The position numbers and the translations under genes were made by a program. A stretch of 64,000 bases of DNA. It comes from Epithemia pelagica. Its lineage: Eukaryota > Protista > Bacillariophyta. The notes beneath the pieces were generated by a model. The model did no database searches, was not told where the DNA came from, and saw only the letters and a list, made by a program, of their open reading frames with translations. Below are positions 10,851-22,500 of the stretch, one piece after another. How positions within the stretch are numbered: position 1 is the stretch's first letter; each line of letters opens with the position of its first letter. Where the stretch lies: positions 186,001 to 250,000 of the forward strand of contig OX337241.1 of the NCBI GenBank assembly GCA_946965045.2, written 5' to 3'.

Positions 10851-13800
10851 ATGGAAGCGACACCTCCCAAGACACCGTTTACTCCTCCTGAGGACAAGTC
10901 AAGTCATATAACCGACCAAGATCTCTTCGACCATATAACTAAAGGCATCTTTGGTTGTAATGATGAACGAGCCCAATCACTTCAAAAGTGGATGCGACAT
11001 CATGGTTTTGAACATATCCTTCATGTCCTCGACCATGTTGCAACTGATCCCGAGGAGACACTCAAGGATCTCATGCAATACAAGGTTGGAAAGCAAGTCA
11101 ACGACCTACAGACAAGTACAAGATTACAACTCAAACTAATGGCATATTGGTTACTACAACAACGGCAACTCCAACATGGAAAACTACCCCGTGCTACATG
11201 GATGAACCTCACGAGGGACCAATATGACGATTGGAGGATCAACACCGACTTTACCAAGTCTGGTATGAACCAAGACCCAGTTTCTCCTCTGAAATCACCT
11301 GCACACTCCGTATCATCCCGATCTCCCACTACATCCTCTACAACATCTCAATCCATGTTAGATCTCTCTGCTTTCAAGAAAGGAACCAAAAGAGATGCAA
11401 CAGCATTCGAATCATTCAAAGACGAACGATACTTTGATTCGTTTTGGCGTGTATTCAAATCAATTGCGAAAGCACAAGGATTGTCGAATGTTCTTGATTT
11501 CAATTACAAGGTACCCAAGGATGACGAATGCGCAGAGTTACTTTTCCGAGAACAACAAGTCTTTGTCTATTCTGTACTTGTACGTATTATCCAAACCGAC
11601 CAAGGAAGAGCATACGTTCGAGAACATGAACATGATGAAGATGCAAGAGCCGTCTTGAAGAAACTCCATGTTCTACACACTGAATCTGATCTAGCTAAGC
11701 GAGAAGTGTTACGCCTAACAAGCTACATTTCGAATCTTCGACTGGATGACTCTTGGCGTGGTACAACTCGTCAGTTTCTCCTACATTTCCAAGAACAGCT
11801 ACGACTTCTGGATAACCTTGTACCACTGTCGGATCGTATCCATGACCATACAAGGATGACCTTCCTTATGCAAGCTGTTGAAAAAGTACCTGATTTAAGA
11901 CGAGTCAAGATCTTGGATAACGTTGTCAACGCAAAATCTGGAGCCAAGTCTCTCTGTTATCAATCATATTTCCGCCTGCTTCTTGATGCTGCTTTTGACC
12001 ATGACCAAGCTACCCGAACTTCTGCGTCTAACCGTCGTCGTCATGTAAAGCAACATGAATTTCAGTTGGATGAACCTTTTGAACCAGTGGAGCCCCCTGA
12101 CTACCAGATCAACAACACGAATATTCAATCCGAAAAGTCCCCAACTTCGTCGAAAATCAGCCTTCCAAGAGATGTATGGTTTAAACTCTCTGAAGAGGAT
12201 CGGCAAATCATTGTCGACTTCAATAAATCCGTCCAAGATTCCCCGACAACTCCACGCAAGGTCCAAACACATTCTCTTGACATTGATCCTGAACCGGACC
12301 CTGATCCTGATGCCAACAACGTTGATGATACCCATCAAGATGCACCAGAACAAGATCCATTCGATACATCCTCTGATCCGGTTACCCAGTTCGTACACCA
12401 GGCTATTGCATCGACAGATATCAATCATCCAGCATCTGACCTCAGCAACATCTTGTCAACTTCTACGACAAAGTCAAGTCCTAAAGTCAAGTTCAAGTCT
12501 TCTGCCGATCACAAGCAAAAGGTTCATATGTCACGGTATCTATTCTCCCGCAAATCCACCTTTTCTGGTAATCAACTCATCGATCGAGGTGCCAATGGAG
12601 GCCTTGCAGGATCTGACATGCGCATCCTTGCCAAAACCGGACGTCATATTACCATCGTAGGTATTGACAATCATGAATTGACTGGCCTTCCAGTTGTTAC
12701 CTGTGCTGCCAAGTTTGATACAAGTGATGGACCCATTATTGGTATCTTCAATGAGTATGCCCACTATGGAAAGGGTTTATCTATTCATGCCCCAGCGCAA
12801 TTTGAACATTTCGGCCTATCTGTCGACGAACGATCCGTCAAGGTTGATGGCAAACAACGCATTACTACCCTTGATGGACGTGCATTGCCCTTACGAATCA
12901 AGGATGGCCTTGCATACATTCACCTCCTTGATCTCCCATATGATCATGGCCCCGATACACCTTCCTTCTTTTCCATCTATGCTGATCAAGATGGCAACGA
13001 CCCCACACTTCATGCGTCTGTCCACAAGCTCTACAAGGAACAATACGACTGGAAGAAATTTCGCCCTTTCTTTGGGTGGCAATCGGAAGATGTAATCGCA
13101 GATACGTTCAAGCATACAACTCGTCATGGACACATTTCCTTTGACCAGGATACCTTGAAGAAACATTTTAAGGCCCGGAATCCTATCCTTAACCTACCAC
13201 GACGGCATGAACCCGTTGCCACTGACTCCATCTTCTCCGACACCCCGGCTGTTAACCATGGTGGCAAGATTGCTCAGATTTTTGTTGGTCGTGATACTTT
13301 GGTTACTGACATTTATGGTATCAAGTCTACCAAGCAATTCGTCAATACCCTCCAGGATAACATTCGTACACGTGGTGTCATGGAGACTTTGATCAGTGAT
13401 GGTGGTTCGTCACTTATTTCCCACAAGGTCAAGGAGATTCTTCGCACCCTTCTGATTGGTGAATACCGTTCCGAGCCCTATCATCAACACCAGAACAAAG
13501 CTGAGAACCGCTACCAGACCGTTAAGCGTATGACCAACGCTATCATGAATGCCTCTGGTTGCCCTGCTTCTGCATGGTTACTTTGTTTAGAATATGTGTG
13601 TGACCTCCTCAATCACACTTCCTCTCCCACCCACTCTGGCCGCACCCCTCTTGAGGCTCTTACCGGTACCCCACCCGACATTACCCATCTCCTTTTCTTT
13701 CCTTTCTGGGATGAGGTCTACTATCGTGTCGACCCTTCTGAACCTACCTCCGGTTCTTACCCTTCGTCTCCCGACGAGAAGCTTGGCCACTGGGTTGGTT

Positions 13801-16312
13801 TTGCCCACAATGTTGGTGATGCCTTTACTTGGAAGATCCTCACTGCCGACAACGTCATCATCTACCGTTCCGCTGTCCGTCGCGTTGCCTCCACTACCCC
13901 CAACCTTCGTGTGGATATCTCTTCAGGGGAGGAGTCGCCGCATAAACCCACTGACAAGCAAGGTGACACTGTCTTTATTCGCAGCAGAAGTGAAGACCCA
14001 TCCACACCTATGCCAACAATTGACTATGACGATTTAGTTGGACGCACATTCCTTTGTGACACTGAAGAGAATGGGGAGCGCCACCGAGCACGAGTAATCA
14101 AACGAGTTGTCGACCTGGAACAAGATGCAACCAAACAAGAAGATCGACTCAAATACATCTTTCGCAAGTCTAACTCCAATGTTGATGAGATGATCTCCTA
14201 CAACCAGCTCATGGAATACATTGAAAGGGATAATCAAGCCCAAACGACAGGGGATAGTCTCTTCCGATTCAGAGACGTTATTGCACACCAAGGACCTTTG
14301 AACTCAAGCTACCCAGACTATAAAGGGAGTAAATATAATGTCCTTGTTGATTGGGAGACTGGGGAGACGACATACGAACCTCTATCTCTTATTGCAAATG
14401 ATGACCCCATCACAGTCGCCATCTATGCCAAGAAAAATGGTTTGCTGGATCTACCTGGATGGAAACATCTCAAGCGATACGTCAAGACAAGCAAAAGACT
14501 CATTCGAGCAGCTAAACAATCCAGGATCAAACAAGTTCGTCGCTCTATCAAGTACAAGTTTGGTTTCCAAGTACCTCGCACCTATGAAGAAGCAGTGGAA
14601 CTAGACAAGCAGTTTGGGAACACGAAATGGCAAGACGCAACAGAATTGGAACTCTCACAGATCCAATCGTATAACACTTTCAAGAACCATGGAAAAGCCA
14701 AGTTCATTAATGGGAAATTGGCCAATGCACCAGAAGGATATCATAAGATAAGAGTACATCTGGTCTTTGATGTCAAGCATGACGGAAGGCACAAGGCACG
14801 ACTTGTCGCAGATGGACATCTCACCAAGGAACCCGTTGAGACCATCTATTCAGGGGTTGTCTCCATTCGCAACCTTCGCATTGCCATATTTCTTGGAACC
14901 ATGAACGACATGGAAATATATGGGGAGCAGATATTGGGAACGCATACCTAGAAGCATTGACAGGAGAGAAGATTTTCATCATTGCAGGACCAGAGTTCAA
15001 GGAGTTAGAAGGACATATCTTGATCATCTACAAGGCATTATATGGTCTCAAATCCTCAGGTGCTCGCTGGCATGACAAACTGTTTGATGTTCTCATTGAT
15101 ATGGGATTTTCTCCAAGCAAGGCTGACCCTGATATTTGGATGAAGAAGGCTCCTGGAGAAGACTGTTATGAATATATCGCTGTATATGTTGATGACTTAG
15201 CTATCGTTGCCATGGACCCTGAAGCTGTCTGTAAGATCTTTACAGAAAAATACAACTTCAAACTCAAAGGAGTCGGACCTATCGAGTATCATTTGGGGTG
15301 TCGTTATACCAAAGATCCAGACGGTACACTTGTGTCTGACCCACGAAGGTACATTGAGAAGATGATGGATACCTATGAACGATTGTTCAATGAGAAACCC
15401 AAGAAAGCAAAGCCGCCAGTCATTGCTAACGATCATCCTGAACTCGATGACTCTGAGTTCTTAGATGAAGAAGGGACCCAGCATTTCCAGACTCTTATTG
15501 GACAACTGCAATGGCTAATTACCATTGGCCGTTTTGATGTCTTTCCTGCTACCATGACTCTATCAAGGTTCAGAGCTGCTCCAAGGATTGGTCATTTGAA
15601 GCGAGCTAAGCGCATCTATGGATACCTCATGTCATTTCCTGATGGGTCTATCAGATTCCGCACTGGGGAGCCAGATTTATCAGCTTTACCTATCCAAGAA
15701 TACGATTGGAGTCGTACTGTATACATGGACGCCAAGGAACGTATCCCTGAGGACTGTCCAACCCCACTTGGGCGTTTTGTGACAACTATACATTATGTCG
15801 ACGCAAATCTCATGCATGATATTGTTACTGGGAAAGCAGTTACAGCCATCCTGCATTTTGTAAATGGTACACCCGTGGACTGGTACAGTAAGCGACAAGC
15901 CACAGTGGAAACAGCCACGTATGGATCTGAATTTGTTGCCGCAAGGACTGCAGTTGATCAGATCACGGAGCTACGCCTTACACTCCGATCCTTGGGAGTC
16001 CCTCTGCGAGAGAAGAGTTACATGTTTGGAGATAACCGCTCTGTCGTTATCAATAGCACCACACCACACTCAATCATCTCCAAGAGGCACCATCTCCTAT
16101 CCTATCACCGAGTCCGTGAAGCTATCGCTGCAAAGTACGTCGCATTCTACTGGAAAGATGGAAAGACAAACCCAGCTGATATCCTCAGTAAACATTGGGA
16201 ATTCGCCGCAGTTTGGCCCATGCTCAGATCTTTGTTATTCTGGAGAGGAAAAATCCAGGAAAGTGATGAGGGAATTGACAATCCTCATTCGACGAATTGT
16301 GGGGAGTGTTAG
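10851..16312 (+). pseudogene. gag-pol: Copia gag-pol polyprotein with a 2-bp frameshift in RT
   Basis: Protease LIDRGANGG; integrase core (ATDSIF..ISDGG..SEPYHQHQNKAENRYQTVKR); RT YIAVYVDDL; RNase H YVDANL/FGDNRSV/NPADILSK. Removing one TA from GAAATATATGGGG (~14917) restores MEIWGADIGNAYLEALTGEK. Confidence 0.95.
16301..16306 (+). promoter_or_regulatory. Polypurine tract
   Basis: GGGGAG immediately 5' of the 3' LTR. Confidence 0.7.
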
Positions 16313-17064
16313 GATTCTCACCGAAAACTAGGTGGCGAAACCTACAACTCATCGAATGATGCTAGTATTTTATGGCATCCGATGACATTTTCCTAAAAGT
16401 GAGAAAAGAATGTCGGCATGCTCGCGAAACTATAAATTTGGCCACGGCATGCTCGCAGTGCACGCGTTATCGGCGACCGCTCGGATATTAACTATGGCCC
16501 AACACGTGCGCGCCCAAAACTATCAAGTGCGCGCCTCTACTATCCGAGTACGCGCATCCACGATTCGACCTAACGGTCTATGTAATCAAAGCACGAATCA
16601 CGATCACGCGAGACCATATCTCTGTTCCCACAAATCCAAGAATGCAAACAGCAACGCGCCCAGGACAAGACTTATACCACGACAAAGCAAGAGCTGTTGC
16701 ATCCCATACATGTTATCCATCACCCTATACATTCAATATACACCAATGCCGGTCTACTCCAACCAGTGAGGACCTATCACACCAGATCCATGGCCGTATG
16801 CAAGAGCCAGGACTTCGGCACCGTCAACCACCTTAGTTAGTAATCGTCTCACAATCATTAATATCACCATTTTAACACTCATCTTAAGACTAACCTCTTA
16901 TCAGTGGACCGACTGCCCCCATCCACGGCGGACTTCGACTTGCAACTCTTCTCTGACCCGTGGAGGATTGTTGTATCGGTTGGTGATTCGATTGTCGGCT
17001 CAGCGAGCCTTTTACCTATCCTACCTATCTGTCTAACCCCTGTTGAATCGAGAGAAGTTTATCA
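16307..17064 (+). repeat. 3' LTR (758 bp)
   Basis: Near-identical copy of 8965-9722; the pol stop codon TAG lies in its first bases. Confidence 0.98.
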
Positions 17065-18304
17065 CGGCGACAACGACCAAGACAGGACGACAGATGGATG
17101 TGCCCGAGGCTGTACTGGACCTAAGAACACAACAATAAACTACTGAAAGGTAGTGTTATGGTGCAACTATGGAGGGAGACTTCCCTTCACTTTTTGGCAG
17201 CCTCCTCGGCCGATGTCGCCACAACCAGAACAGGGTGGAGAATCACGACGACAAAACCAACAACCACAACGACCGAGCCATTGGATGGTGATGATGATAC
17301 GACACCCACAACCATGACCACAGACACAACCAAGTACATGCAACCAATTGGTTTTGGCCTCGCGTCGCAGTGCATGCCCCCATCATAACAATCAACTGGT
17401 TGGTTCGGCCGAGTGAAACACTTCGGGGCCACGATAATGACAATGACAACAAACGCACCAATCACCAGCTGCTCTCCATCTCTGTCTCTCTCAGTTCTAC
17501 GGTTCTACAACAAGCGCAACAATCAACTCCTTGTTTTGACCGAAAGAGACAATCCGGTGCCACGACAACGGGGCCAAACTCAACAATGAACTCCTCGTCT
17601 CGGCTGAGTGAAACAATCTCCTATAACAACGACCACAAGCAACAGTGGTGGTGGTAGCATAAAATAGGCTTATCATTAGGAAGCGGTTTGTACATTTTGC
17701 ACTAGTATGATTGTTGTTTTACTACTCGTACAGGAAGGGTAATCGCATACTCGTATCATGGTGAAAGGTTTCATAGGTACGAGGTAACCTGTAACCTTAC
17801 AAGAAAACCAACCGTGGATGAGGGGCAATTCATTTTACTCTTGGAAAATGTATAGTGTAGTGAATCTCGTTGGGCGGAAGTCTCATCTGTTTGTGAAGAA
17901 CGGGCTACTGCGCGAAGAACTTTCGCGCGGTGGAGCTCCGACTCTGTAGTACCGCAGAATTTCCGACCGGCCGCACATGAGTCGTTCGAGTGGAGAAAAG
18001 ACGGTTGGGACCCTTCACCCTTCCCACCAAACCCCCCTTGAATCTCTGCCCAGGACTGAATGGATACTATTGCCCTCCTTTTTGGGAGAGTCATTCGTTC
18101 GGCGGGATCGATGGCAGGGATACAAGAGATTCGATTTGGTTTGGTAGGAGCCCTACTAATGACCGAGAACGTAGTATTCTCGTCCCCCTGTCGTGAATCC
18201 GAACAACAACAGTGTTCCAGTGATGCTCTTAAAAGTTTCTCTCCAGAAGCAACGATACTAACACCATTGTTATTATTAACTCGATTGAATCTACAACCAT
18301 CATC

Positions 18305-19017
18305 ATGACTTCCATACCTCGATCGGTATCCATGCCGGCATTACCAAAAGGAAAACGAAGCAGACCTCGTAGTATTCTCAAGAAATCAGAGCCAGCACCG
18401 CCACAACAACATTCTCGCCAGCGCGAACTGTGTTGGGGCAATTTGACCATTTACGAATTCCCCAATCTCTTGGGCGATCATCCATCCGTCACCGAAGGGC
18501 CTCCCTTGACCATTGCCTGGAAACACACGAGCCGAGACGTTGTGGACATTGACTATCACGAATACGTTCGCAACAGTGGCCGACGCAACAGTGGTTCCGT
18601 CTACACCGATGGCAAGGATGGTCCGCGACGATCGCGCAAGGAATTGTGGCTCAATGGAGGTGTACGAGGACAACAGTACGTACTTGTACTTCCTTTGATG
18701 TGTCTGTGTGAGTGTTTGAAATCTGTATCTTACCATTCTACTTGCTGCTATTGTACCTTCGTTAACTTTCCTTTTGTAGCTTGTTGTCGTTGGGCTATAG
18801 CTTGAATCAAATTGTCAAGGCGATTGGTGAAGCCGAAGCCATTAAGGAAAGTCGACGGTCCAATATGAAGGGACGATTTGATACCTTCAAGGCTGTCTTT
18901 CACGCCACCACCATCAAGTTGGGCGGCATCAAGGAACAACACGCTTCTTCGCAAACACATCATCCTCACGCACAATCCAACCGCAAGGCTCGCATTGTAG
19001 CCTCCAAGTCCGCCTAA
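18305..19017 (+). CDS. Small conserved hypothetical protein of a diatom-type family, 2 exons
   Basis: Intron 18676-18779 (GTACGT..TGTAG) joins RGQ|HLLSLGYS. The motif IYEFPNLLGDHPSVTEGPPLTIAW..YHEYVR resembles a family I recall from diatom proteomes (not database-verified). Confidence 0.8.
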
Positions 19018-19587
19018 CCAAACAGAGATTTGTTATCTGGAACTCGTCCTTCCGGTTCCGGAACTTGTGTGTCGTGCCTCCTTTTGCCCATCCCATCGTT
19101 TAATCCATACTTGCATGTTTTTTCTCCTTTGATTCACGATACAGTACCTCGACTATTGATATATACATATATATAACAGATATATCTACTTGACTACAAA
19201 ATACATTTTTGGTCAATCCATTTTTGTAAGGAAACTGAACTCGTGCCATTCACTCGTGAGCTCAGGTAGACTTCCCTAGTATTTGAGCCATGGCATAGGA
19301 GGATGGTATGCTGTTGTTGATTGAGATTTCGGATTCCTTGCATTTCTATCCAATGCAGTGAGTTTGAACCGTTTTATTGAACCACACGATTGTGTGAACT
19401 TGGATAGGATCCATCCACCATCTCACACCAGAACTGGGGTTGCAGAGTATAGTGTGGCTTTGAAGCTTGTGCAAAAAAGAAAGAATCCAAGTCACGAATG
19501 AATCATTAGGTTCTTATTGTTTAGCTGGTAAAAATACATTCTATTGTACGATTTCGTGTTGTTGTGTTCTGTTGCGAATGGTCCAAT

Positions 19588-22500
19588 TCATTTGGAGACT
19601 CGCATCAGTTTGCTAATGGCACTCACATTTACCATGTAGTCTCCTTTCATCCACGGAAGCAAGTCGATATCGGCTTCCGTGATTTCGATTCCTTTAATCC
19701 TCTGGATGCGCTCTTTCATGGATTTCTTGCTGGGCATACCACAGCGGGTGTACCAGTGATATGCCAATCGGCGACGTTGATCTTCCGAACGTGGGCCTCC
19801 CTCATCGGCCGAAACGTGCGATTTGGCCTTGAGTTTGTTCCGATCGGCCCGTTTTTGTGCCGCCAACTTTTTCTTTTCCTCCGCTTCCTTGATCCGGATC
19901 CGCTCCTTGGCCTTTTCCAAACGTGCCTGGCGTTCTAGTTTCCGTTGTTTAAAATTGTCCAACAACTTTCGTTGTTCAATATTCTTTGTGCCTTCGGGGT
20001 TTTTGATGGGTGATTTCGGTACCTCGACAGAGCGTTCTGCAGGGGCTCTGACGGGTGACTTGGTGAATCGGGCCTCGCCACCTCGTCCTGCATCTTTGTA
20101 ATTCTGTGCCACTTGATCAATTTCCTGTTGAAGGGCGTCAAAGTCATCGGCGGATGTCGTGATGGAATTTTGCGCCGCCGAGTTGATTTCTTCTGAATCA
20201 GCGACAGTGACGTTCACAGTCTTGGAGATATCGGCGGCTTTTCGTTCCGCTTGTTCCGCAACACGTTCCATGGCACTCAAATCGAACTTCCACTCTCCAG
20301 ACGAACCTTCGTTTTTGTTGACAGTAGCACGAGGTTGTTTCTTCGCCACATGTGGCTGGCTCGATGGCTCCGTTTTCTTGGGTTTCTTGCCTTGTTTTGC
20401 CTTTTTCGCATCTTGTTTTTCAACACCATAGTTGGTATCGAGAGTATCATTGGACAAGGTCGATCCGCCTTCTGTGTCATCGTACAACGTCTCAAGATCA
20501 TGTTTCCCGTTCGCAGTTGTGTCGTCAAACAAGGAATTCGGCGTGGCGGTACTTTTGGGGATGGACCAACCGTCACCAGTAGAAGCAGACGCAAAGAGCT
20601 CCGAGCTGTTATTATTCTTGCTGTTGTTTGCTCCAGCCATTACTTCGTCTGCTTGTGTGGCGCCGGTTGTAGGTTGAGCTGAGTTGGAATGTCTGGATCC
20701 GACGACTTTCATCTTGGACTTGGTTTCTCCGTGGGTCGTATTTTGAGATGTTTTGACTTCCACTTTCTTGGCCGTCGGCATATTTGAGTTCTCCGGAGTA
20801 TTGGTTGTGGAGGATGTCCCTTTGGAAGACCGGAGGATTGACACAGGCTTTGATTTGCGTCCAGTTGTTGACGAAGCACGAGTATCACCATTGTCTACAG
20901 AGTCTTCCGAATCCGATGAGGACGATGACGATGATGAGGAGGATGACGTTGATGAGGAGGACGACGACGAATCGGTGTCGTCTCCGTCGTGTTCGCTTGT
21001 TGGTTCTTGCCGTTTGGGTTTCTCATTCTCTTTTCTACTATGTTGGTCTTCCCCGGCGTTTTTCGATAAGAACGTTTTCTCATCAACGTATTTGCTCTTT
21101 GGTGGTTCCGCAACATTATTTTTGACAGCCTTGGTGTTTCTACCAACTTTGTTCTTCGAACTGCTGGGCTCTGTGTCGTGTGAAGATACTATACTTTGCG
21201 GTTTCTGGTGCGGCAAAGATACATCTGGTTCTGAATCACTGTTTGACTTTGAAGACGATGCCGAACACGAGCTCTCATTATCGGAACGATTGGGCGCTGC
21301 TTCGCCATTTATGGCAGTTGGACTGGCCAAGGATGGAAAGTCTGACGATTGTGTGGTGACAGCGGGGGCGTTTGCTTGTTTTTGGCGTTCCTCTATTGTA
21401 GCTGTTTCATCCGATGTGGAGTGATGTGCGGTTTCAGTAGGTGATTCGATTGTAGCACAACGGTTGTTCGAAGAACAACTGCATGTGCTGTTACTGCTAC
21501 TGCTGTGATCCGAGTTGCAAGCATCAATTGATTGCTTGTTACTAGTTCTGATCTCTTCTTCGATGTCCTCGTGCGTGTCGTTTAGCGCATTCACGTTCTC
21601 CGCTTTGTTTGCAAATTCATTTTCTTGATTGTGCTCTTGTTGCGGTATTTCATCATTCAGGACCTCTTCTTCAAAGACAACCTCATCGTCCTCGTATTCT
21701 TCATTTTCCGGAATCTCCTCCTCAACTGAGATCACCTCGTCTTCGAGGACCAGTTCCTCGAGGACCAGTTCCTCGAATGATTCTTCGAAGAATTGTTCCT
21801 TTCCAATAAAGATCTGCTGTTTTTCAATAGGCTCTTCCAGAACTTCTTCTTCTTCTTCTTCCTCTTCTGTAACTTCCTCTTCCGTATAATCTGAGTCGTA
21901 TCGGTCCATATCGTCTTTCCTCATATTTTCTGCGTTGACATTCAGGTCCTCCTCAGCATCTTCGACATGCTCGTTTTCGACTTCGTTGTCATCGCCATGA
22001 TCTGACCATCGCATTGAGTCCAAATTATAGGATGCATCAAGAGCAGCATTTGTACCATTCCTACGATTTTCCTGCGACTGTTTCTCTCGGGATGATCGGA
22101 GCATACCGTCTTGTTCTGTGTCGTGGTCTGACGATTCGACATTATCTTTTCGGTGGCGATTCGATGAGAGGGTTTCTTTTCCCGTATCTCGTGCGCCACC
22201 AGTAGACACCATGGACCGTAAGGATGTGGTAGTATGCACTGTCGAGGCAGAGTCGTCTTGTGGATTGGGCATGGTAGGAGGAGTTGGATCCCATTTCATG
22301 GGATTGGTGGGAGACATATCGGGTTCACTGTTGTTGCTACTGCTAGCACTGCTTCGACGGTGAAACGCAAAGGAAACTGGTTCTTGTTCGTCTTTTTGAT
22401 CCGTATCTTCCTTCTCGTGACTGTTGGTATCCGCTGGCGAATGCTCTAGTGGGGATGTCTGTTGGTTCTCTTCTGGAGGGGCAGGGTGGGTAGAGTTGAG

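Larger units (their letters stand above)
8965..17064 (+). mobile_element. Full-length Ty1/Copia LTR retrotransposon, CoDi-like
   Basis: Two 758-bp LTRs (TG...CA), 5-bp TSD CGGCG at 8960-8964 and 17065-17069, gag-PR-IN-RT-RH order, and a PPT before the 3' LTR. Confidence 0.98.
8308..17938. mobile_element. Candidate non-autonomous TIR element (about 1.5 kb once the nested Copia is removed)
   Basis: 39-bp inverted repeat GAGCTCCACCGCGCGAAAGTTCTT(T/C)GCGCAGTAGCCCGT at 8308-8346 (+) and 17900-17938 (-), one mismatch. The outer GAGCTC/AGCT palindrome could be a TSD. Confidence 0.4.
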
